DNA of 64,000 nt from Patescibacteria group bacterium (GCA_018819405.1 JAHJQF010000001.1:513377-577376), one strand, 5' to 3'; positions 9,744 through 19,404 are shown, counted from the first letter of the stretch. Numbers and translations are program-made. Notes: generated by a model from the sequence alone, not told the origin.

Positions 9744-10208
9744 ATGGCCGTAATTATCAATTATCCGGTAGTAGAAAAGCCGGCACCTCACTTTGAGGGC
9801 AATGCTGTAGGTAATGCCCTTTGGAATCTGCTACAACTGGAGCAGGAAGGACACATATTGCCGGAGCTGCAGTTCCATCTGCAAGGAGGGAGGGTTTTGA
9901 CCCGCATGAAATTGGTGTCCAGCCAGTGTAAGGTGGATGAATGTACTGGTCATGTCACGGTTGTGGCTCGGGCGGCTACTTCCTGTCACTGCCCCTGCAG
10001 TCTGCAGAGGCTTCACTTCGTCCCGGACAACGGGGTGGCTATCGAACACGATGGTTTGATTGTGGCGATGACAGTGGGCTACCCCAGCTGGGAAGCCTGG
10101 ACAGTCATTGAGAATACTCACCTCAAGATCAGGAAGACATTCAAGCCGGATGGCAGCGTCGAGACCGAGGACCTCAATTCCAAACAGCCCAAGGATAAGG
10201 TAGGCTAG
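9744..10208 (+). CDS. Hypothetical protein (GC-richer cassette)
   Basis: Upstream TTGACA and purine-rich RBS; downstream hairpin AAAGACCCGC...GCGGGTCTTT. Confidence 0.6.
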   Translation: MAVIINYPVVEKPAPHFEGNAVGNALWNLLQLEQEGHILPELQFHLQGGRVLTRMKLVSSQCKVDECTGHVTVVARAATSCHCPCSLQRLHFVPDNGVAIEHDGLIVAMTVGYPSWEAWTVIENTHLKIRKTFKPDGSVETEDLNSKQPKDKVG

Positions 10209-10281
10209 CCTTCAATACTGAGGGTAAAACTAAAGACCCGCATCATGATTGCGTCAAGCGCTTTCTAGCGGGTCTTTAAAA

Positions 10282-12312
10282 TTATTTCAAAAATTCTTTT
10301 ATTGATTTTTTTGTCTGAGTAATATTTTTGTTCCAGTGTATTTTTATACCTTGTTTTTCCATGCGGCGAAACCAAGTCATTTGCCTTTTGGCGTAGTGGC
10401 GGGTATTTTTTTTGATTTTATCAATGGCAGTTTCTAAGCTTATCTTGCCATCCAAATATTCTATGATTTCTCGGTAGCCAATACCAGTCAATGAGCTTAG
10501 TTTTTTGTGCGGGTATTTTTTGTAGAGTTTTTTGACTTCTTGTATTGATCCGTCACCGAACATTCTATCAACTCTTTTGTTTATTTTTTGGTATAGCTTG
10601 TCTCTGTCAGGGGAGAGTCCGAAGACAACAAAGTCATAAGGGCATTTTCTCAGCTGTGGATTTTTTGGATTTAAATCATAATTTTGTAAAATTGAAGATA
10701 TATAAAGTCCGGTGCCACCGGCAATAATCGGCAGTTTGTTTTTGGCCAAGATTTTTTTAATAGTTTTAAAAGCGTCCTGTTGCCAGTTATAAAGATTGTA
10801 TTCTTTATCAGGAGTGGTGATATCCAGCATATGATGGACAATACCTTTCATTTCCTCTTTGGTGATTTTATTGCTGGCAATATTCATACCTTTATAAATT
10901 TGTCTGGAATCAGCCGATATTATTTCGCCATTAAATTGTTTGGCAATTTTTACAGCTAAGTCAGATTTGCCGGCAGCAGTGGGCCCAAGGATAACAGCTA
11001 TTTTATCTTTCAATTTTGCTTTGACACCCCAGTGTTTGGCTTCTATTATATTGGCATTGTAAAATTTTCCGACATTAAGTGGTTTTTTGCTTTCAATGTG
11101 TACGGCCACATAGTTTGATAATTTGCCTATATTCAGATAATTGTCTCCGGTTTTGTTGACGGCATCTATCAAAACTTCTCGCTTTTGACCAATTAAGTTT
11201 TTATTAAATTCCAAAGATTGCTGTTCAATTATTGTGTTCAGTTTTTGCCAGCGGGATTTTTTGGTATTTTTTGGCACATCATCTTTGTATAGGCGCCAGG
11301 CTACAGTGCCAGCTCGGCTAGAATATTGGCCCAGGTAGGTCATATTATATTTCATCTCTTTGGCCAATTTGAGTGTGGCTTGAAAATCTTTATTTGTTTC
11401 CGAGCAAAAGCCTACTATAATATCTGTTGAAATTGCTATATTTGGTATTTTTTTTCTAATTTTTTTTATTAATTTTTTGTAGTCAGCTATTTTGTAATGG
11501 CGGTTCATTTTTTTAAGAATTTTGTTTGAGCCTGATTGTACAGGTAGATGCAGATAATCATTGAGATTTTTGCATTCAGCCATGATGTTTATGAGTTTGT
11601 CACTCATATCATAAGGATGGCTGGTTAAAAATTTTAACCAAAAATGATCTGATAAACTATCAATTTTTTTTAGTAATTCTGGGAAATCCAATTCTTTCTT
11701 ATTTTGTTTTATCAAATCTTTCCCATAGCTATTTACATTTTGTCCAAGGAGTATTATTTCTGTATAGCCTTTTGCTAGTAGTTCCTGGATTTCTTCTATT
11801 ACAGCTTTTGATGGTCTAGATACTTCTCGTCCACGGGTATAGGGGACAGCACAGTACGAACAAAATTTATTACAGCCTGTCATGATAGGTACATAGGCAC
11901 GATGTTTTGATTTGTAGCTAGGGCTGATATCAAAAAAATCTGGCAAAGCTAATTTTTCTTCGGGGGCAATATTTTTTAGTTGATCGGCCAAATTGTGAAG
12001 GTTTTTTATATCAATAAAAAGATCAAATTTATCAGCCAATTTTTTTTGGTCACGCTCTAAAATGCAGCCTGATAGCAGAGTTATTAGGGGTCTTTTTTCT
12101 TTGATAATTTGCCAATCTCTTAGTTTGCTATATAGTCTATCTACAGCCGCTTGTCTGACAGAGCAGGCTACAATACCAATAAGATCAGCATCTTTTTCCT
12201 GATTGGTCTCTTGGTAACCGAGCTTTTTCAAAACTGTCGCCAGACGTTCGGCATCAGAATAATTCATCTGACAGCCAAATATAATAAGATGAAATTTCTT
12301 TTTTCTTTGCAT
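10282..12312 (-). CDS. miaB-miaA: MiaB methylthiotransferase fused to a shortened MiaA dimethylallyltransferase
   Basis: GCQMN, ACSVR, GCNKFCSYC, HLPVQSGS, TDIIVGF, TRAM domain; then ILGPTAAGKS, ISADSRQIYKGM, GGTGLY, GIGYRE, TRHYAKRQMTW. Start set to ATG 12312. Confidence 0.92.
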   Translation of the reverse strand: MQRKKKFHLIIFGCQMNYSDAERLATVLKKLGYQETNQEKDADLIGIVACSVRQAAVDRLYSKLRDWQIIKEKRPLITLLSGCILERDQKKLADKFDLFIDIKNLHNLADQLKNIAPEEKLALPDFFDISPSYKSKHRAYVPIMTGCNKFCSYCAVPYTRGREVSRPSKAVIEEIQELLAKGYTEIILLGQNVNSYGKDLIKQNKKELDFPELLKKIDSLSDHFWLKFLTSHPYDMSDKLINIMAECKNLNDYLHLPVQSGSNKILKKMNRHYKIADYKKLIKKIRKKIPNIAISTDIIVGFCSETNKDFQATLKLAKEMKYNMTYLGQYSSRAGTVAWRLYKDDVPKNTKKSRWQKLNTIIEQQSLEFNKNLIGQKREVLIDAVNKTGDNYLNIGKLSNYVAVHIESKKPLNVGKFYNANIIEAKHWGVKAKLKDKIAVILGPTAAGKSDLAVKIAKQFNGEIISADSRQIYKGMNIASNKITKEEMKGIVHHMLDITTPDKEYNLYNWQQDAFKTIKKILAKNKLPIIAGGTGLYISSILQNYDLNPKNPQLRKCPYDFVVFGLSPDRDKLYQKINKRVDRMFGDGSIQEVKKLYKKYPHKKLSSLTGIGYREIIEYLDGKISLETAIDKIKKNTRHYAKRQMTWFRRMEKQGIKIHWNKNITQTKKSIKEFLK

Positions 12313-12342
12313 AGAAGAAATTGTATATTTTTCCTTATAAAA

Positions 12343-12374
12343 AATCAACCCTTTGACTACGCTCAGGGTTGATT
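12343..12374 (-). terminator. Terminator hairpin built on a CCTGAGCGTAGTC(G/A)AAGG-type repeat
   Basis: AATCAACCCT / AGGGTTGATT stem, followed by a T run on the minus strand. Confidence 0.55.
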
Positions 12375-12380
12375 ATTTTT

Positions 12381-13646
12381 TTATTGGTTACTATCAGTTG
12401 GTTGAGCCTGATAAGAGCGGATGTTGAGATTGGGTTTGGTAGGCATCATTTTTTGTCTTTCCTGTATTTCTTTTCTTAGTACAGGATATTCTCGTAGGTT
12501 TTGTTCTAGTGTTCTTAATTTGACAGGATCAGTAGTGCTTTGGATTTTTTCCTTCAGGCCTTCTTGCTGTATTTCAATTAAGTTTTGTATTCTCTCTTTA
12601 AATTGTGGCATATCAAGACCTTGCAAAAATTCTAGATTGGCTGGGTGACTACGTAATTTGTTTTCAAATTGGTCCAAAAACTTTTCTTTTTCTTCATCAC
12701 TTAGGCTTTCAAAGCGTGTTCTTAATTGGCTATTGTATCTTTCAAAAGAATTAGCGATGGTTTGCCTAGTTTGAGCAGACAAATTTGGACTATCTTTCAG
12801 GTTACTTATAAATTTTTGTTTGACTACCTCGGTCGTTTTTATGTTATTGATATATTTTTCTATTTTTTCTTGATCTTGTCTGTCCAAATTTTCTAACTTT
12901 TGATTGAGTCTTTCTTCAGCTATTTCTTTGGCGGCTGTTATTTTGTCACCGGCTTCTTCTGGTAACACATTTTTTAATTCTTCTAAGGTAGCAATGTTTC
13001 TTAATTGTTTAAATTTGCTGCCCAGGTCATTATTTTGGATGGAATTTTCCAGTCTTTGTTGGATTTGATCCGGGTTTGTATTGTACCAGTTTAGGGCGTT
13101 TTCATCTTTTATTTTTTGGATTTCGTCAATAGTTTTATTTGGTGCTTTATTTCTCAATTTTTCGGCGACGTCACTTAGTATTTGTTGATGTCTCAATTGA
13201 TTGGTATCAAATTTGGTCAGAATGTCTTCAGAGATATTAGGATTGTCTTTAAGCTTTTGACTCAACTCTTCCATTCGGATCTGGTATTTAGCCAAAGCAT
13301 CTTCTATTCTTGTAGCAGCGTTATCAGTGCCTATTTCAGCTAGTTTTTTAGCTTCCAAAAGACGACGACTGGCTATTTCTTGTAATTTTTCAGCTTTTTT
13401 TTCTTGGTTGAAAGTAAAAAATAGACCGACATTTTCTTTGAGATTTTGCCACCAATAGCCGCCATCACCTGGTAAGACCAAAGGATCAGAAGTGCCCAAG
13501 GCGGGAGCGTCTATTTCATCAGCTTCATATTCAGCTAGAGCGTTGGCTAAATTATCGTTTGTTTGGGCTAAGGCACTATTTGAAAAAAATAACCCAGCAA
13601 ATAATCCGCTTATTAGAAATAAACTAAATAATTTAAAAATTTTCAT
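12381..13646 (-). CDS. Secreted helical protein, DUF5667-like
   Basis: Signal peptide (ALA-Q); LPGDGGYWW..LKE...FFTF..EKK..A.RRL.EA. Confidence 0.7.
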   Translation of the reverse strand: MKIFKLFSLFLISGLFAGLFFSNSALAQTNDNLANALAEYEADEIDAPALGTSDPLVLPGDGGYWWQNLKENVGLFFTFNQEKKAEKLQEIASRRLLEAKKLAEIGTDNAATRIEDALAKYQIRMEELSQKLKDNPNISEDILTKFDTNQLRHQQILSDVAEKLRNKAPNKTIDEIQKIKDENALNWYNTNPDQIQQRLENSIQNNDLGSKFKQLRNIATLEELKNVLPEEAGDKITAAKEIAEERLNQKLENLDRQDQEKIEKYINNIKTTEVVKQKFISNLKDSPNLSAQTRQTIANSFERYNSQLRTRFESLSDEEKEKFLDQFENKLRSHPANLEFLQGLDMPQFKERIQNLIEIQQEGLKEKIQSTTDPVKLRTLEQNLREYPVLRKEIQERQKMMPTKPNLNIRSYQAQPTDSNQ

Positions 13647-13679
13647 GATTTTTTAATTTTAATATTTAGTCGTTTTTTA

Positions 13680-13759
13680 CCCAGTTAGAAATTATAGAAA
13701 AATATTTTTACAAATAATAATATTTTATTCTGGTTTATAATTGTGAATTTCTAACTGGG
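13680..13759 (-). mobile_element. MITE-like element, AGAAATT subfamily (CCCAG variant)
   Basis: CCCAGTTAGAAATT / AATTTCTAACTGGG; TTTA on both flanks. Confidence 0.85.
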
Positions 13760-13783
13760 TTTATTATAGCATTTTAAGACAAG

Positions 13784-15202
13784 TTACAAAAGTTCATTGT
13801 CATGAGATTTTGATTCTCGCATTCCGGAATCGGTTATTCTGATAAACTGAGCGTTCTTTTTTAGTTCCTCTAAATTTCTGGCATTAGCGTAGCTCATACC
13901 TGACCGTAAGCCACCTACATACTGATTTAAAATATTTTTCACAGGGCCGCGGTAGGGGACACGAGCTTCTACTCCTTCTGGAGTAATTTTGTCCATACTT
14001 TCTTTGGAGTCAGGACGTGATAATGCGGCAGTGAGTGAAGCCATGCCGCGCGAAACTTTGTACTGTCTGCCATGATAATTGATAGTTGGACCTGGTGATT
14101 CGGTGGTGCCTGATAGCTGGCCACCCATCATAACAGTATCAGCTCCGGCAGCTAGTGCTTTGACCAGATCACCGGATTGTTTGATGCCACCATCTGCAAT
14201 CATAGGAATATCGTATTTTTTACACACCTGGTAAGCATTCATTATCGCTGTCAGCTGGGGTACGCCAAAACCAGTAGTAATCCTTGTGGTGCAAATTGAG
14301 CCTGGACCGACACCAATTTTGACAGCGTCTACACCGGCTTTTATAAGATCTTTGGCACCTTGGCCGGTAGCAATATTGCCACCAATTATTTCTACATTAG
14401 GATATTTTTCTTTGATTTTTCCTATAGTGTTGAGAGCGTTGTCAGAATGTCCATGGGCAATATCAAGTATCAGTACATCAACATCAGCTTGCACCAAGGC
14501 ATCAACTCTGTCCATAAAATCTGAACGCACTCCCACGGCAGCCCCAACCAAGAGTCGGCCGCGACTGTCTTTGCTGGCATTTTTTTCATTGTAATTTTTG
14601 GCGATGTCTGTGGCAGTAATCAGGCCTTTTATTTTAAAATCACTATCAATCAGAGGTAATTTTTCTATCTTATTTTCATTCATTATACGTTTGGCTTCAT
14701 CTATACTAATACCAAAGTGAGCAGTAATTAGCTTTTCTTTTGGCGTCATGAGCTTTTCTACCAATACATCGGCATCCTCAATAAATGAAATGTCTCGGTT
14801 GGTTAGTATGCCTAGTAGTTTTTGGTCATTGTCAGTTACCAAAAAACTTTTGCAGTTGAATTCCAGGATTTTTTCTTTGACTTCTTTGAGAGTATTTTTT
14901 GGTGAGACAAAAAATGGATTATCTATGATGATATTTTGTTTTCTTTTTACTTGAGATATTTTTTTGGCCTGAGTGGTGATATCACAAAAGCGGTGAATAA
15001 TGCCAATGCCGCCATAAATAGCCATGGCAATAGCCATACGACTTTCAGTGACAGTGTCCATATTGGCGGAGACTATAGGAATTTTTAGACTGATATTACG
15101 ACTGAGTCTGCTTGATACATCGACATCTTGTCGGGATTTTATGTCAGATTTTTGAGGCACCAATAAAACATCATCGTAAGTAAGCGCTGTCTTGATTTCC
15201 AT
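13784..15202 (-). CDS. guaB: IMP dehydrogenase
   Basis: [20 protein letters not shown] pair, [29 protein letters not shown]. Confidence 0.97.
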   Translation of the reverse strand: MEIKTALTYDDVLLVPQKSDIKSRQDVDVSSRLSRNISLKIPIVSANMDTVTESRMAIAMAIYGGIGIIHRFCDITTQAKKISQVKRKQNIIIDNPFFVSPKNTLKEVKEKILEFNCKSFLVTDNDQKLLGILTNRDISFIEDADVLVEKLMTPKEKLITAHFGISIDEAKRIMNENKIEKLPLIDSDFKIKGLITATDIAKNYNEKNASKDSRGRLLVGAAVGVRSDFMDRVDALVQADVDVLILDIAHGHSDNALNTIGKIKEKYPNVEIIGGNIATGQGAKDLIKAGVDAVKIGVGPGSICTTRITTGFGVPQLTAIMNAYQVCKKYDIPMIADGGIKQSGDLVKALAAGADTVMMGGQLSGTTESPGPTINYHGRQYKVSRGMASLTAALSRPDSKESMDKITPEGVEARVPYRGPVKNILNQYVGGLRSGMSYANARNLEELKKNAQFIRITDSGMRESKSHDNELL

Positions 15203-15292
15203 AAGCTTAGTATTAATTGGTTAAAACTAAATATGAGAATACAAATTTATAATCTTTTAGATCCCCATTCGGGGACTCCGCCTTTGGCGGGA

Positions 15293-17047
15293 TTATAAAA
15301 GAGTCAGGCTACGATTTTTGATGTCGGTTTTTATTTTTGAGATAAATTCTTTTTTGTCTATTTCCAAAAGATCTTGTTTGCCGCGTACTCTGACAAATAG
15401 TTTGTCAGAATTCATTTCTTTGTCACCAATGACTAGAGTATAAGGAGATTTTTCTTTGGCCGATTTGCGTATCTTGTTGCCGACGGTTTCATCAGACATA
15501 TCAATTTCAGTTATTATATTTTCTTCAGCAAATTCATCGGCAATTTTTTTAGCAAACTCAATATGATTTTGATTGACAGTTAGTATTTTGATATGGACAG
15601 GGGAGAGCCATAAAGGAAAGGCACCACCATAATGCTCAATCAAAATCCCTAAAAATCTTTCGGGAGAGCCAATAATGGCTCGGTGAATCATAACGGGAGT
15701 TTTTTCTGTACCGTCTTGGTCGGTATAACTGAGCTCAAATCTTTTTGGCATATTAAAGTCCAATTGAATGGTGGATATCTGCCACTGACGTGACAAAGCA
15801 TCTTTGGCAATTATATCCATTTTTGGCCCATAAAAAGCCGCTTCACCTGTAGCTGACTCGTATTCTATTTTATTTTCTTTGAGTAGTTTTTCTAAGAGTG
15901 TCTGAGATTTTTCCCAAACTTTTTCATCGCCGAGGTATTTTTCTTTTTGTTCGGGATCCCATAGTGACAACCTGACATAATAATTTAGACCATAAGTTTT
16001 TAGAGCTTCATTTATAATGCTCAAGACATTTTTGAATTCTGACTCTATTTGATCTTCACGGCAGAAACTGTGTCCATCGTCTTGAGAAAAACACCTTAGT
16101 CTGGTCAGGCCAGACAATTCTCCTGGCTTTTCGTCTCTAAAAAGATTCGCAAAATCAGAGTATCTGATAGGCAAATCACGATAACTTCTTTTTTTGCTAG
16201 CAAATATCTGAGTATGCTGAGGGCAATTCATTGGTTTTAGAAAGAATTCGTCTTTACTATAGTGAGAGCTAGCTGAAATCATATCATCTTTGAATTTTTC
16301 CCAGTGTCCGGAAACATGAAAAAGTTCAGCTCTGTTCATCTGTGGTGTGTGGACTTCTTGAAAGCCTATTTTATTTTGTAATTCATTAGAAAAATTTATA
16401 ATTTGGCGTCTGACATGAGCGCCTTTGGGAGTATAAAGAGGCATACCAGCACCGACTAGCTCTGAAAAAGTAAATAGATCCATTTCTTTACCAAGCTTGC
16501 GATGGTCTCTTTCTTTGGCTTGTTTTAGCTTTTCCAAATAATCATCCAGCTCTTCTTTTGTTTCAAAAGCTACGCCATAGATACGAGTGAGCATTTGGTT
16601 TTTTTCATCACCACGCCAATAAGCGCCGGCAGTAGTAGTGAGCTTAAAGGCGTCAATATTTATCTCTGAGCTTTTTTCCACGTGTGGTCCAGCGCACAAA
16701 TCAGTAAATTCACCGGAACTGTAAAAACTAATTTCTTCGTCTTCTGGCAAGTCATTGATTAGTTCAATCTTAAATATTTGATCGCTAGCCATTTTTAGGG
16801 CAGAGTCTCTAGCCGCTACTTGTTTGGAAAAATTAATGTTTTGTTTTATGATTCTTTTCATTTCTTTTTCCAGTTTTGGCAAATCATTGTCTGATAGTTT
16901 ATCAGGCAATAGAAAATCATAATAAAAACCATTTTCTATAGTTGGCCCAATTGCTAGTTTGGCATCAGGAAACTTTTTGAGTATTGCCATAGCCATGATG
17001 TGAGACAGAGAGTGTCTTACGCGGTGCATTTTTTCTTGTTTGTCCAT
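15293..17047 (-). CDS. thrS: Threonyl-tRNA synthetase
   Basis: RHSLSH, DLCAGPH, RDHRKLG, KPMNCP, FYGPK, IHRA. Confidence 0.98.
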   Translation of the reverse strand: MDKQEKMHRVRHSLSHIMAMAILKKFPDAKLAIGPTIENGFYYDFLLPDKLSDNDLPKLEKEMKRIIKQNINFSKQVAARDSALKMASDQIFKIELINDLPEDEEISFYSSGEFTDLCAGPHVEKSSEINIDAFKLTTTAGAYWRGDEKNQMLTRIYGVAFETKEELDDYLEKLKQAKERDHRKLGKEMDLFTFSELVGAGMPLYTPKGAHVRRQIINFSNELQNKIGFQEVHTPQMNRAELFHVSGHWEKFKDDMISASSHYSKDEFFLKPMNCPQHTQIFASKKRSYRDLPIRYSDFANLFRDEKPGELSGLTRLRCFSQDDGHSFCREDQIESEFKNVLSIINEALKTYGLNYYVRLSLWDPEQKEKYLGDEKVWEKSQTLLEKLLKENKIEYESATGEAAFYGPKMDIIAKDALSRQWQISTIQLDFNMPKRFELSYTDQDGTEKTPVMIHRAIIGSPERFLGILIEHYGGAFPLWLSPVHIKILTVNQNHIEFAKKIADEFAEENIITEIDMSDETVGNKIRKSAKEKSPYTLVIGDKEMNSDKLFVRVRGKQDLLEIDKKEFISKIKTDIKNRSLTLL

Positions 17048-17054
17048 ATTTTTA

Positions 17055-17104
17055 CCCCGTTAAATGTTCGCCCCGCGAACACTGCAAAGCAGTATTTAAC
17101 GGGG
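17055..17104 (-). mobile_element. 50-bp element, AAAT subfamily (three-way junction)
   Basis: CCCCGTTAAAT / ATTTAACGGGG enclosing two hairpins; 7 bp upstream of the thrS ATG. Confidence 0.8.
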
Positions 17105-17112
17105 TGAAAATT

Positions 17113-17298
17113 AAAATAACCCAAGACTAGTTAAGTCTTGGGACCCTGAGTGACTCCTAAGGAGTCAAACGGGCGGTTCCACCCAAGTTCCTCCTATAAA
17201 AGGAGGCAACTCATTTATTTTATTGAGATTTAGTCCCTGTTTTGAGGGATTCCATATGCTGGAAGAATAGTTGGTTGCTATTCCAATCATCTAAGGCG
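17113..17298 (-). promoter_or_regulatory. T-box riboswitch leader of thrS
   Basis: Minus strand: TATAAT (17305-17310), stem III CCTCCT/AGGAGG, T-box AACTTGGGTGGAACCGC (17189-17173), antiterminator 3' side GTCCC overlapping terminator CCCAAGACT/AGTCTTGGG + TTATTTT. Confidence 0.85.
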
Positions 17299-17337
17299 TT
17301 TATAATTATAGCTCATTTTAATATTTGTTGTAAACTA

Positions 17338-17366
17338 TTGACAAAATAGTAAATACATGATATACT
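17338..17366 (+). promoter_or_regulatory. Sigma70-type promoter
   Basis: TTGACA-17 bp-TATACT. Confidence 0.75.
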
Positions 17367-17502
17367 TAGATATTATTTTGAACTTTAAATTAGGTCAAAA
17401 AATATGGCCTTAGCAGTTAGTTTGGATATAAATCATCTGGTCTGACTGCTACGGCTATAATGTAACACGGACGTAGTAAAACTCTAGAATTGGAGGAAAA
17501 TC

Positions 17503-18003
17503 ATGAAGAAGCTCACCATCCTGTTCGCTTTGGTGTTGACTCTGCTTGCTTTGACCACGATCTTGGTCAACAGGCATGAGGGTGGTGTCTACCGACTGGA
17601 AGTTTCCGGGGACAGCATCAGTGATATGGTTCGTCGAGGCAATTATGATTGGACCAACTCCAACATCAATGATGACTACTTCACTGCTGATGCTCCGCAC
17701 GAAGCGAACATCATTATTTTCAAGCACTTCGGCGAGGACATGAGCACGAAGGCCGTGCTCAAAGCTCTGGATGACGACGGCTTACGTCCGGCAACTATGT
17801 CCGAGCTACTCGAGCTTGGCATTTGCTATCCCGAATTGCAGAAGCAGTTTCCTATCGTCGCCCTCGGTTCTATCTCTCAGGATCCGTATGGCGACCGCTC
17901 TGTCGGTTTCCTCTACTCCGTTGATGGTCAGCGCGAGCTCGGCCTGGACTGGATCGACGATGACTGGTACGACCACTTTCGTTTCGCCGCTGTCCGCAAG
18001 TAA
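17503..18003 (+). CDS. Exported hypothetical protein with C-type-lectin-like C-terminus (possible DGR target)
   Basis: GGAGG RBS, N-terminal hydrophobic segment, LRPAT..EL, terminal L.L.W.DD.W....RFAAVRK. Confidence 0.7.
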   Translation: MKKLTILFALVLTLLALTTILVNRHEGGVYRLEVSGDSISDMVRRGNYDWTNSNINDDYFTADAPHEANIIIFKHFGEDMSTKAVLKALDDDGLRPATMSELLELGICYPELQKQFPIVALGSISQDPYGDRSVGFLYSVDGQRELGLDWIDDDWYDHFRFAAVRK

Positions 18004-18208
18004 CTGGTTCTTGGCTACTTGTGTCCTCGGGACTTGATTGTCTCTTGCTTGTCCGCCGGAGCTCGCAAGAGCGTAGGCGGAAACACTTGGCCTCGGTCAG
18101 ATCGCAAAACTCCGTCTCAATATTCCCATCAGGGTGCGAGACGGAGTTTTTTATTATCTAAAAATCCTCAAAACCCCCTCCTATTCGGCAGGGGGGGGGC
18201 TTTTGGTG

Positions 18209-18246
18209 AAAACCAACCTTCGAGGTTAACCTCGAAGGTTGGTTTT
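18209..18246. repeat. Perfect 38-bp palindrome (REP-like doublet) between convergent genes
   Basis: AAAACCAACCTTCGAGGTT-AACCTCGAAGGTTGGTTTT. Confidence 0.8.
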
Positions 18247-19370
18247 TATTCGATTATTATATGATCTTTAAATCGGGGAGCAGATTTTACCCAAAATGGA
18301 GAAAAGTCTATATCAATTCTCTGTGCTTTAAAATCTTGGAAATATTGACGTAAGCCGTTTTCATCTAGACCAACCAAATCTTCTTTATTTATATTTAGAG
18401 CGTTTTGGCCATTATTTATTTCCGCTTCCAAACTTACTTCTATGACAGCTTCTTCTTTTTCAAAATTAATATCCAATATTTTATAATCAAATTTGTCAGG
18501 GTTGAATTTGATTAGTGTCTGACTACTAGCCAGTTCTTTTTGGAATTTTTCTTGGGCAAGCTCAAATAGTTTTTGTTGGTCAAAAATTAGGGCATGAGCC
18601 GTCACATTTTCAGTCACAGATGTTTCTTCGGATACATCTCCCAGCTCGCTGGACTCCACGACTTCAAATTCAAATATTATTTGTTTGGCGGATATTGATA
18701 GGTTTTCCGGTAAAATATTATTTATATTTTCTACAGCTTTTTTTTCGGCGCTAGTTTTTAATTCAGCTATTACTTTGTCAAGATTTTCTTGGCTGACACT
18801 ATAATGAGGAATTGAAGTTTGTTTCATTCCTTCTGTAGTCTCAGCATATATTTTGTCCTGTAAGCCCTCCCATAGTCCTGGTATGATAAAGGTAGTAGCC
18901 TCGGTTACGTATTCTGCACCTGTTTGATCGGCTTCGGCCCATACCTCTACTTGTCCGCCAGCTGGCACAGTCACACCTTCACTGATACGAAATAATTTAC
19001 CATCAGGTGTCAGTAGGCGAGTGGTTTTAATCAATGGTTGACTTTTAGAATAATTGTTGTAGATAGTGACATAGCCACCGGCTTTTTCACTGCTGCTCAT
19101 TTCTTGACTGCTTTTTATGTTGGCTGATATTTCAAATTCAGTGTTTATGATTTTACCCAATATAGCATCTGGTGATATTTCAGTAGTATCTTCAGATTGC
19201 ATTTCCACCAAAACAGAGCCAGTTTTGTTTTCCAGATTGTTATATATTTTTATTTTTACTTTAGCCAGAGCAAAGTGGACAATCATTAAAATAGCTACAA
19301 GAGTCAGAAAAAAGAAAAAAATAACTACTTTGGAATATATATTGCCTTTGGCTCTGGATGGATTTGTCAT
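18246..19370 (-). CDS. Membrane-anchored hypothetical protein (baseplate-J-like region)
   Basis: N-terminal TM helix; KAGGYVTIYN, TRL..PDGKLFR, VTVPAG, ADQTG..Y, F.IPGL, SPFWV..AP. Confidence 0.7.
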   Translation of the reverse strand: MTNPSRAKGNIYSKVVIFFFFLTLVAILMIVHFALAKVKIKIYNNLENKTGSVLVEMQSEDTTEISPDAILGKIINTEFEISANIKSSQEMSSSEKAGGYVTIYNNYSKSQPLIKTTRLLTPDGKLFRISEGVTVPAGGQVEVWAEADQTGAEYVTEATTFIIPGLWEGLQDKIYAETTEGMKQTSIPHYSVSQENLDKVIAELKTSAEKKAVENINNILPENLSISAKQIIFEFEVVESSELGDVSEETSVTENVTAHALIFDQQKLFELAQEKFQKELASSQTLIKFNPDKFDYKILDINFEKEEAVIEVSLEAEINNGQNALNINKEDLVGLDENGLRQYFQDFKAQRIDIDFSPFWVKSAPRFKDHIIIE

Positions 19371-19404
19371 ATTTTTTCAATTTAATTACTTTTAGCTAGT
19401 TAAA

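Noticed and set aside
18246-19370. Prophage suggested by a baseplate-J-like protein
   Set aside because: No other phage genes nearby; the gene sits next to dnaE in a core context.
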